Assembly (NCBI GenBank): GCA_004298405.1
Contig: SCSL01000008.1
Location: 1 to 35,077 of the forward strand
Source of the DNA: Patescibacteria group bacterium
GTDB lineage: Bacteria > Patescibacteriota > Patescibacteriia > UBA9934 > GWF2-40-263
Length of the DNA stretch: 35,077 nt
Reading direction: 5' to 3'
Shown here: piece by piece, positions 28,116 to 35,077 of the stretch
How positions within the stretch are numbered: position 1 is the first letter of the stretch
How the letters are laid out: each line of letters begins with the position of its first letter
The notes under the pieces: model-generated
The model's database searches: none
What the model was told of the DNA's origin: nothing
What the model saw: the letters and a program-made list of their open reading frames with translations, nothing else
Program-made: the position numbers and the translations under genes

Positions 28116-28144
28116 AAGCTAACAGTTTTGGCTTGTAATGTCAA
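28116..28144 (-). promoter_or_regulatory. candidate promoter of the 452-aa gene (TTGACA - 17 nt - TAGCTT)
   Basis: Reverse complement of 28139-28144 is TTGACA and of 28116-28121 is TAGCTT, with a 17-nt spacer. Its -35 region is a near copy of the one at 28214-28230. Confidence 0.45.
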
Positions 28145-28214
28145 CCGACTTTGACTCATTTTTTCTTCTATTTCGTTAAAAGTGTCATCGATCAACACCA
28201 TTTGCTTTAAATCG

Positions 28215-28243
28215 TTGACATCTCAAGCCCTTACTGCTAATCT
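28215..28243 (+). promoter_or_regulatory. candidate promoter of the 536-aa gene (TTGACA - 17 nt - TAATCT)
   Basis: TTGACA at 28215-28220, a 17-nt spacer and TAATCT at 28238-28243. The ~80-nt leader holds two 6-bp hairpins (AACGAC-CA-GTCGTT and ACCGAT-GCC-ATCGGT). Confidence 0.45.
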
Positions 28244-28331
28244 CGCTCCCTGGCGTTTTTGAAACGACCAGTCGTTCCTCAAACCTATGCACACCGATGC
28301 CATCGGTCCCTGCATGTACTAGGGAGATACC

Positions 28332-29942
28332 ATGTCCGAGACCAATCCCGGTACGAGGGCTCTCGCCCTCCCGGAGAAGCTTCCCGCGCTCGTCCGCATC
28401 ATCGACAACGTCCTCAACTTCGGGGCCATGATGCTACCGGACAGACAGGGCGGCAAGAAGATGAGTCTCGCGGCACGGCGAGCCATGATCGATGATCACC
28501 TGGTCATGTCGCCCACCGCGCCCGGTGTGCCTTTCGTGGCGCATGTCCGCTTCGGTGGAGAAAACAAGCTGGTTGGCACCACCATCCGTCAGAAGTTCAG
28601 CAACGGAGAGCCCAGGTTCTTGGATGGCAAGCCGCTGATGGAGTTCTGCGGCGACTTCGACCTAGTCATCAGGGGACGGGCTGAGCTGCCCGACCCCAGA
28701 GATCCGTGCAAGCGCGTGATCCGCGAGGTCTCACCAGCCATCATCTGCGATGGACAAGGGAGCATGGTGCCCTACGTCGGAGTCACCGATGATGGGCAAC
28801 GCTTTCTCAGCGGTCCGCCGATGGCCTGTCTGTTCATCCGCGACTTCGATCGCGGAAACGAACAGGGGAACTCAAGGATCCGCGCCCTTCCGCTAGGACT
28901 GGGCAAGAAGGAGAACATCCTCCACTACAACGACATCATCGATCGCCTCGCGGCCCAGGGATCGACCAAGGACTGGGAAAAGATCCCTCCGATCCCAAAC
29001 TCCTTGGGTCGAGCTGTGCAGTGGTACCAGGACGTCCCGCCCGGACACCCGATCAACAAGGGTCTGCTTCCCGTCTGGCGAAAGACCGACGAGCGAGAAT
29101 GCTCCCACGACGTAGCGGATTACTGGATCGTGATGCGACTGGGCGGGAAGGTTGCCACCCTGGCGAGGTCGAGCCAGCCCGTCTTCGTCCAAGGTGATGA
29201 GGTGCCCGAGCAGGTGTTCCGAATTGTGGAACGCTGGAACTCGGTCGAATTCACGTTCTGGGGTCTGCCCGGACAGATGGGCGACATCCAGCTCCATGAG
29301 TTCGATCAGACCAGCGTCAGCTTCGACTGGCTTACCATCTTCGGGGCCAGCATGCTGTCAGCCAACCCCAACACGGGCACCAGCCTCGTGAGAACGGCTC
29401 TCAGAGACCCGCCCCTGACGCAGATGACCGCCTTTGGTCTCCTGCCTCCTGGTGGGAGTCGAGACCTGGCCGTCAGCACGATCCGGGGACTCGCAGGGCA
29501 GATCATCGAGCAGGTTCGCTCGATGATGACGGAAGCCCTCCAGCGGCTGGTCCTGCACCTGACCTCCTGTGGGGTTTCACTGCAAGACGAGCTGGGCGAG
29601 AACGCGACCCCGGAGGGTCTCGCCTCGGCGCTGGAAAATCCCGCTCCTCCCAGCGACAGCCGTCTGGTGACGGCGTTGCTCACGAGCAATGTCGCGAAGG
29701 AGTTGGGAATCAACGACATCTGGAGTCCCACGAGCTGGCTTCAGATCACTTCCTATCGGAACAGCCTGCTCGTGATCGCCAAGCAGGCTGGCGTGAAGCC
29801 TGCGGCTCCGTCGTCCCCTACCCAGGAAGCGGCGAAGGAAGCCAATCCTCCGGCCGAAACCAAGAGCCAGGAGGAGGAGCCGCCAAAGCGCAAGGGCGGC
29901 GTCAAGTCCCGCAAGCCCCCCCAGGCGCAGAACAGCGCCTGA
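28332..29942 (+). CDS. hypothetical protein (orphan) with a Pro/Lys/Arg-rich C-terminal tail
   Basis: 536-aa ORF in a GC-rich block, with GGGAG 5 nt upstream of the ATG. No TM or signal peptide, and no catalytic motif or family I recognise. The C-terminus reads EEEPPKRKGGVKSRKPPQAQNSA. Confidence 0.6.
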   Translation: MSETNPGTRALALPEKLPALVRIIDNVLNFGAMMLPDRQGGKKMSLAARRAMIDDHLVMSPTAPGVPFVAHVRFGGENKLVGTTIRQKFSNGEPRFLDGKPLMEFCGDFDLVIRGRAELPDPRDPCKRVIREVSPAIICDGQGSMVPYVGVTDDGQRFLSGPPMACLFIRDFDRGNEQGNSRIRALPLGLGKKENILHYNDIIDRLAAQGSTKDWEKIPPIPNSLGRAVQWYQDVPPGHPINKGLLPVWRKTDERECSHDVADYWIVMRLGGKVATLARSSQPVFVQGDEVPEQVFRIVERWNSVEFTFWGLPGQMGDIQLHEFDQTSVSFDWLTIFGASMLSANPNTGTSLVRTALRDPPLTQMTAFGLLPPGGSRDLAVSTIRGLAGQIIEQVRSMMTEALQRLVLHLTSCGVSLQDELGENATPEGLASALENPAPPSDSRLVTALLTSNVAKELGINDIWSPTSWLQITSYRNSLLVIAKQAGVKPAAPSSPTQEAAKEANPPAETKSQEEEPPKRKGGVKSRKPPQAQNSA

Positions 29943-29955
29943 CGCTGAAACACGT

Positions 29956-30006
29956 CCGCTCGAAGCATGACCACTTGCGTGGTGAATGCTCTCGAGCGGT
30001 TTTTAT
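29956..30006 (+). terminator. rho-independent terminator of the 536-aa island gene
   Basis: Long imperfect stem CCGCTCGAAGCAT ... ATGCTCTCGAGCGG with inner CCAC-TTGC-GTGG, followed by TTTTTATTT. Confidence 0.6.
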
Positions 30007-30019
30007 TTACCTATTCATA

Positions 30020-30064
30020 GCCGCTTCAGCGGCGTCCGAACGGGGCTAAAGCCCCTGAGAAGAG
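30020..30064. repeat. hairpin repeat family 1 (units B and A adjacent)
   Basis: AGCCGCTTCAGCGGCGTCCGAA followed by CGGGGCTAAAGCCCCTGAGAAGAG. The tatD stop codon (30046-30048) is in the loop of unit A. Confidence 0.8.
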
Positions 30065-30924
30065 TCCATGCCTTCTAACCCAAAAACCGTTTTTGTATTC
30101 TTTACTGTCTGTTCTGCAACTTCCTCACACGTCACCCCTTTCAACTCCGCCAGTTTCCTGGCGACGTATTCGACACGCCACGGCTCATTACGCTTGCCGC
30201 GATCCGGAGCCGGCGCGAGATAGGGCGCGTCCGTTTCAACAAGCAGTCGCTCAAGTGGTAAAGCGCTGGCGACTTCCTGCAAGTTTTTTGCAAATGTCAG
30301 GATCCCACTAAACGAAATGTAAAATCCAAGATCGATGAACGCCTGTGCCTCGTCGAGCGTCCCCGTAAAACAGTGGATCACTCCCCGTCGTGACAATTTT
30401 CCTGCCTCAATCGCTTCGCGAATCATCACTGCCTGTTGCGCATAGGCATCGCGACAGTGAATCACGACCGGCTTATCGAGTTCTGTCGCAAGATCGAATT
30501 GAGCCTGGACGGTCTGAACCTGTCGACGAATGACTTCATCGCGATCGACGCCCTCGGGGATCCGATAAAAGTCCAGACCAAACTCTCCGATACCGAGACA
30601 CTTCGGATGCCTTGCAAGCTCACGATAATAATCCATATCGAATTGCTCCGCACGTGTCTTGATCTTGGGCGTTGCTTGATGTTCAGGCGCAAGCTCATCG
30701 TTATCCCAAAATTCTTGTTCGACTGTGTGATTTGGATGAAGGCCGACGGTTGCCCACATACCTTCGTAGCGCTCAGCGACTTCAAGACCAAACGCAGATG
30801 TATCTTTTTGCGTTCCTACCGTAACCATAAAGACCCCGCGATCCAGGGTCCTCTTTATCACTTCATCCATGTCCTCTTTGTAGGCATGAAAGTGGACGTG
30901 ACAATGCGAATCGATTAGATGCAT
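30046..30924 (-). CDS. tatD: TatD-family metal-dependent hydrolase (DNase)
   Basis: N-terminal LIDSHCHVHF, HPN, VVIHCRDA, GVIHCFTG and the ETDAPYL motif series of the TatD/YcfH family. Confidence 0.9.
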   Translation of the reverse strand: MHLIDSHCHVHFHAYKEDMDEVIKRTLDRGVFMVTVGTQKDTSAFGLEVAERYEGMWATVGLHPNHTVEQEFWDNDELAPEHQATPKIKTRAEQFDMDYYRELARHPKCLGIGEFGLDFYRIPEGVDRDEVIRRQVQTVQAQFDLATELDKPVVIHCRDAYAQQAVMIREAIEAGKLSRRGVIHCFTGTLDEAQAFIDLGFYISFSGILTFAKNLQEVASALPLERLLVETDAPYLAPAPDRGKRNEPWRVEYVARKLAELKGVTCEEVAEQTVKNTKTVFGLEGMDSSQGL

Positions 30925-30926
30925 AG

Positions 30927-31442
30927 CTATGACGTCGCAGAATCAACAGCCTGACGTGCGGCTTCGGGAAAAAATACTTGCAACGCGCTCATGGTTGCAA
31001 TCAGGAAATCCGCAACAAAGGAGGTCTCGAGCATAGTTCGAAGTGTGTCATCAGGCAGAACTTGCATCGCGTAAAAAAGCACGACGCCGACAACGATGAT
31101 CCCTTCAACAAAACCAAACAGCCCGCCGAGAAGTTTGTCGAATGATCTGGCAAACGGAATCCAGGCAAGCACGTCAAATACTTTTTCAAAAAACCAAAAC
31201 ACCAGTTCGACCAGCCGTGTGATCAAAAAGAAAATGAGGATGAAAATAACGATTCTCGCGAAGGTGCCTCCACCAAACAAAAACCCAAACGTGTCAAATG
31301 CTGGGTCGACAAAGCGAGAGGCAAAAAAGATACCAATGATCGTTCCAATGAGAGAACCAAGCGTATGAACCAAGCCGAACATGAATCCAAAAAAGATAAA
31401 TGCCCCGACGATCACGATAAGAACGATGTCAATAAAACCCAT
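30927..31442 (-). CDS. cvpA: CvpA-family membrane protein
   Basis: 171 aa, about 4 TM. The N-terminus IDIVLIVIVGAFIFFGFMFGLV and overall layout are typical of the colicin V production protein family. Confidence 0.65.
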   Translation of the reverse strand: MGFIDIVLIVIVGAFIFFGFMFGLVHTLGSLIGTIIGIFFASRFVDPAFDTFGFLFGGGTFARIVIFILIFFLITRLVELVFWFFEKVFDVLAWIPFARSFDKLLGGLFGFVEGIIVVGVVLFYAMQVLPDDTLRTMLETSFVADFLIATMSALQVFFPEAARQAVDSATS

Positions 31443-31445
31443 AGG

Positions 31446-31509
31446 AACGCCGCTAAAGCGGCTTTGAATTCTTCATTCTTCAAATTCTTCTTCTCAGGGG
31501 CTTTAGCCC
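31446..31509. repeat. hairpin repeat family 1 (unit B - 23 nt spacer - unit A)
   Basis: AACGCCGCTAAAGCGGCT, a 23-nt spacer, then CTTCTTCTCAGGGGCTTTAGCCC. The metG stop (31503-31505) is in the loop of unit A, and unit B ends 6 nt from the cvpA ATG. Confidence 0.8.
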
Positions 31510-32957
31510 TGTTGAGCGTCTCTACGTGGAAACATCCCTTCTCCCATGAGAATAACTTTACCATAGCGATGAAGGATTTCCTCGCTCGTCTGTGGAAGAA
31601 CCGGCGCGAGCGCTGTGGCGATCCAACGAATCTGCGAAGCGATGGTGGAAAGAACTTGCTTCGCCGCTGGTGGATCTTGCTTCACCAGCTTGAAAGGCTC
31701 TTTCTTGTCGACTTCCTCGTTGGCCTCGTCCACGACCGCAAAAATTTCATCGAGATACGCTTTGTAATCATACTGAACCATGCGTTCGTCAAGAACATTT
31801 TGTCGAGCCGACCAGTCGATCTGTACGTCGTCAAGTTTTCCCTCGAAATATTTTACGCTCATCGCCGCGACGCGACTCACGAGATTTCCTAAGCGGTTGG
31901 CAAGCTCGGCGTAGCGCTCCTCCATACGTTCGTGCGAAAAATCACCATCCCCGTGGGAAGGAATCTCTCGCAAAAAATAATAGCGCACCGCATCCACGCC
32001 GTACTCATCCACCAGCGCCTTTGGGTGAACCGTATTCCCAAGCGACTTACTCATTTTTTCTCCTTCCACAGTGATGTACCCATGGACGAACAGCTCGGTT
32101 GGTAACGGAAGACCAGCCGACATCAGCATCGCCGGCCAATACACGGCATGAAAACGAAGAATCCCTTTTCCGATCAGATGGATCCGTTGAGGATTCTCTT
32201 CCCAAAATGTTTTGTAGAGATCTGTTTCATCCGCATACCCAATTCCTGTGATGTAATTTGAGAGAGCATCAAACCACACGTACATCACCTGACTCTCGTC
32301 TCCAGGCACGGGTACACCCCAATGTTGTGCACGCTCTTGCGATCGGGAGATAGAAAAATCTTCCAGACCTTGTCGGATAAAACTCAAAATCTCATTTTTT
32401 CGTGTTGTGGGAACAATACGAAGCGTGTCATGTTCGATGAGTTCCTCTAGGTGCGACTGATAATGTGAAAGTCGGAAAAAATAATTCTCTTCTTCGATTT
32501 CCTCGAGTGGCTTCTTGTGTTCTGGACACACGCCCCCTTCTATTTCCTTCTCTGTATAGAATTGTTCACACCCCACACAGTAGAGACCTTTGTAGGTTTT
32601 TGTGTAGATGTCCTCGGGTTTGCAAGCCTCCCAAAGTTTTTGCGCGCCTCGAATATGTTTTTCTTCCCGCGTACGGATGAATCCGTCAAAGGAAAGATTC
32701 AACAGTTCCCAAAGCGAACGAAATTCTTGCGCATGCGATGTCACAAAATCAGCGACCTCTTCCCCTGCCTCCTGGGCGGCTCGAACATTTTTCAAACTAT
32801 TTTCGTCTGTCCCAGCCAACCCGAATACCTGTTCCTTCCCCAGTTTATTGCGCTCATGCCGAAGTCTCGCGTCGGCCTGAATAAGCTCCATCGCAAATCC
32901 AATGTGCGGAGAAGCGTTCACATACGGAATAGCGGTCGTGAGATAAAAACGATTCAT
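31503..32957 (-). CDS. metG: methionyl-tRNA synthetase (short form, no C-terminal tRNA-binding domain)
   Basis: HIGH-type motif (NASPHIGF), KMSKS (GEKMSKSLGN) and a Zn knuckle (CVGCEQ ... CPEHKKP). Confidence 0.95.
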   Translation of the reverse strand: MNRFYLTTAIPYVNASPHIGFAMELIQADARLRHERNKLGKEQVFGLAGTDENSLKNVRAAQEAGEEVADFVTSHAQEFRSLWELLNLSFDGFIRTREEKHIRGAQKLWEACKPEDIYTKTYKGLYCVGCEQFYTEKEIEGGVCPEHKKPLEEIEEENYFFRLSHYQSHLEELIEHDTLRIVPTTRKNEILSFIRQGLEDFSISRSQERAQHWGVPVPGDESQVMYVWFDALSNYITGIGYADETDLYKTFWEENPQRIHLIGKGILRFHAVYWPAMLMSAGLPLPTELFVHGYITVEGEKMSKSLGNTVHPKALVDEYGVDAVRYYFLREIPSHGDGDFSHERMEERYAELANRLGNLVSRVAAMSVKYFEGKLDDVQIDWSARQNVLDERMVQYDYKAYLDEIFAVVDEANEEVDKKEPFKLVKQDPPAAKQVLSTIASQIRWIATALAPVLPQTSEEILHRYGKVILMGEGMFPRRDAQQG

Positions 32958-32960
32958 ACG

Positions 32961-33026
32961 ACGGGGCTAAAGCCCCTGAGAAGAAAATTCGGTAGAAATA
33001 AATTTCACAGCCGCTTTAGCGGCGTT
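32961..33026. repeat. hairpin repeat family 1 (unit A - 23 nt spacer - unit B), inverted copy of 31446-31509
   Basis: ACGGGGCTAAAGCCCCTGAGAAGAA, a 23-nt spacer, then AGCCGCTTTAGCGGCGTT. The rsmI stop (33016-33018) is in the loop of unit B, and unit A ends 5 nt from the metG ATG. Confidence 0.8.
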
Positions 33027-33717
33027 TCTCTAGCACAATCACAAATTCACCTTTGATACTAGTTGATTCAAGCGCAACTGTCACTTCGGTAGCTGTCCCA
33101 CGATAAATCGTCTCGTGAAGTTTGGTAAGCTCACGACACACGACCAGCCGACGCTGTGGCGTGCGAGTGTTGATCTCCTCGAGCGTCTTGAATATGCGAT
33201 GCGTGCTCTCATAGATGACAACGGTTAATTCAATCAATGCGAGCCGATCAAAGTACGATTGTCTCCCTTTTTTGTTTGGAGGAAATCCGAGAAAGACAAA
33301 CTCATCTGTTGGAAATCCGCAAATAGACAAAGCCGCAATCACGGCCGAGGGACCTGGAATAGGGGTCACGATTTTTCTCAGGTGAGAAATAGTGTGTCCG
33401 CTTCCTTCAGATCGTTTCAGAATCGTCGCGATGAGTTTTCCCCCTGGATCACTCATGCCTGGCGTTCCCGCATCCGTCACAAGGGCCAGATCACGTCCCT
33501 GTTCGAGGAGATCAAGAATCTTCTTGGTTTTGTCGTCGCCGGAATGTTGGTGATAGGATATGGTCGGGGTTTTGATCCCGTAGTGGGACAAGAGTTTCCC
33601 GGTCACGCGCGTGTCCTCACACAGAATCGTATCAACAGACGCGAGCGTGGTTTTCGCCCGCTCACTCAGATCACTCAAATTTCCAATCGGTGTGGCAACA
33701 ACAAAGAGCGTGGCCAT
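33016..33717 (-). CDS. rsmI: 16S rRNA (cytidine1402-2'-O)-methyltransferase RsmI
   Basis: N-terminus LFVVATPIGNLSDLSERAKTTLASVDTILCEDTR, then the VTDAGTPGMSDPG and PGPSA motifs of the tetrapyrrole-methylase-fold RsmI family. Confidence 0.9.
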   Translation of the reverse strand: MATLFVVATPIGNLSDLSERAKTTLASVDTILCEDTRVTGKLLSHYGIKTPTISYHQHSGDDKTKKILDLLEQGRDLALVTDAGTPGMSDPGGKLIATILKRSEGSGHTISHLRKIVTPIPGPSAVIAALSICGFPTDEFVFLGFPPNKKGRQSYFDRLALIELTVVIYESTHRIFKTLEEINTRTPQRRLVVCRELTKLHETIYRGTATEVTVALESTSIKGEFVIVLEKRR

Positions 33718-33719
33718 AG

Positions 33720-34457
33720 TTATTCTTTTTTCAAATGGTCGAACGCGCGTAAGACTTCAAGTGGAACGGCGAAAATAATCGTGTTAGATGCGTCGGACGA
33801 CACATCATTAATGGTATTGAGGGTGCGCAAATGGAGAGCTCCGCTTGAACTCGAAAGAATGTTTGCTGCCTCCGCGAGATTCTTTGAGGCCTCTACTTCT
33901 CCCATCGAATTGATCACGACCGCACGACGCTCACGCTCAGCCTCGGCTTGCTTGGCCATGGTGCGTTTCATTTCCTCTGGAAGCGTGATGTCTTTAAGTT
34001 CCACATTGTCGACCTGAATCCCCCAAGGGTCTGTCAACACATCGACGATGTCCTTAATCTTCTTTGAAGCCTCCTCTCGTTGACTTAATAACTGATCGAG
34101 ATCCATCTCTCCCACGACGTTGCGCATCGTGGTCTGGGCAAGCTGACTTACCGCGTAGTAAAAATTCTCGACCTCGATGAACGACTTGGCAGCATCTTTC
34201 ACTTTATAGTAGATGACCGCATTGATGCGCGCAGAGATGTTATCGCGAGTGATAGCCTCTTGATCTGGAACATCGACCGCCTTCACACGAACATCCACCT
34301 TTCGCATGGTTTGAAACGGCCAGAACAAAAGTTTGAGACCAGGACCCATCGTGTGCGTATATTTTCCAAGCAGGAAAACCACACCGCGTTGGTACTCAAA
34401 AATGACACGAATGGTTGTAAGCACGTAGACAATGACGAGCGTGATGAGAAACTCCAT
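33720..34457 (-). CDS. SPFH/band-7 (stomatin-like) protein
   Basis: N-terminal TM, then VIFEYQRGVVFLLGKY, DVPDQEAITRDNISARINAVIYYKV and the coiled-coil AKQAEAERERRA. Confidence 0.85.
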   Translation of the reverse strand: MEFLITLVIVYVLTTIRVIFEYQRGVVFLLGKYTHTMGPGLKLLFWPFQTMRKVDVRVKAVDVPDQEAITRDNISARINAVIYYKVKDAAKSFIEVENFYYAVSQLAQTTMRNVVGEMDLDQLLSQREEASKKIKDIVDVLTDPWGIQVDNVELKDITLPEEMKRTMAKQAEAERERRAVVINSMGEVEASKNLAEAANILSSSSGALHLRTLNTINDVSSDASNTIIFAVPLEVLRAFDHLKKE

Positions 34458-34460
34458 ACG

Positions 34461-35077
34461 TTATTCATTAGGTGAATAAATTTGCGTCTGTGGATACATA
34501 GCCGCCCAAGCGAACCAGAAGGAAGGGACAAGAACATCATCCTCTTCAACGAGCGATTGAATCGTATCAAATTCCTCAAGGCTGTCCACGGGAAAAGCAA
34601 CAGCTGTCCCTTGACGCTCTACCCCAAAGACGAGTGTCTTCGGGGCAAGCCGCGCATCTTCCTGATCAAGAGGAAACCAAATCGCCGCGGACCCGTAGGA
34701 GTCCTCATACGGATCCTGCGTATAATCACGTTCAGCGCCTATTTCGCGAGAAAGAACTTGCCCAGAGGGATACGTCGTCTTATACATCGCCCATGTCATC
34801 ACCCGCAATGGATACCGCACGAGTTTTGTTCCCGCCCGTGTTCCTTCAATCGCCTCTCCACGCAATTGGCTCCACAGCGATTCTGTTGTGCGATCGTACA
34901 AGAGTGTATTGCTGTTCCAAATCTTTCCAGAGACGCCAAATGTGTCTGTTCGTTCGTAGACGGCACTCGTATAGGTGAGCGGATCAAACGTCACGAGGAG
35001 ATCACGTCCGTTCATTGTGTCGTTGACGACCTCATGCCAAACGAGAATCTGGAGCGGATAAAATCGAGAGCGATTCC
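34461..35077 (-). CDS. DUF3179 domain protein (5' end beyond the right edge)
   Basis: Typical strings FGVSGKIWNSNTLLYDRTTESLWSQL and DYTQDPYEDSY. The frame stays open upstream of the track ATG (35015) to the window end (...NRSRFYPLQILVWHEVVNDTMNGRD...), which matches the family N-terminal region, so the true start is outside the window. Confidence 0.75.
   Translation of the reverse strand, partial: NRSRFYPLQILVWHEVVNDTMNGRDLLVTFDPLTYTSAVYERTDTFGVSGKIWNSNTLLYDRTTESLWSQLRGEAIEGTRAGTKLVRYPLRVMTWAMYKTTYPSGQVLSREIGAERDYTQDPYEDSYGSAAIWFPLDQEDARLAPKTLVFGVERQGTAVAFPVDSLEEFDTIQSLVEEDDVLVPSFWFAWAAMYPQTQIYSPNE

Overview
Compact bacterial chromosome segment, roughly 90% coding and almost all on the minus strand. 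Start-stop overlaps (ATGA, TAATG) are frequent and most genes lack a Shine-Dalgarno sequence. This style suggests a reduced-genome, CPR/Patescibacteria-like bacterium, but that taxonomic guess is inference only. Left to right: a partial hypothetical gene; the yibE/F-like - mrdA - mreD - mreC - mreB elongasome operon; a small membrane protein and a DUF721-like gene; a ~1000-aa UvrD/PcrA helicase fused to a Cas4/AddB-type 4-Cys nuclease; a GC-rich plus-strand vWA + zinc-ribbon-FHA cassette; a six-gene Hyf/Ehr-like operon (related to group-4 hydrogenases and complex I) whose large and small subunits have lost all recognisable NiFe and Fe-S cysteine ligands; a stand-alone Cys/His-rich hypothetical gene; a complete F1Fo ATP synthase operon (atpZ-like, B, E, F, H, A, G, D, C); a 3.4-kb GC-rich island with two divergent orphan genes driven by mirror-image promoters; then tatD, cvpA, metG, rsmI, an SPFH/stomatin gene and a partial DUF3179 gene. 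Two families of short GC-rich hairpin repeats (REP/BIME-like) sit at gene junctions, and several supply the stop codon of the upstream gene. I saw no rRNA, tRNA, CRISPR array, transposase or integrase. The most interesting items are the cofactor-less hydrogenase-like complex next to the ATP synthase and the two compositionally foreign cassettes. All family calls come from motif recognition by eye; no searches were run.
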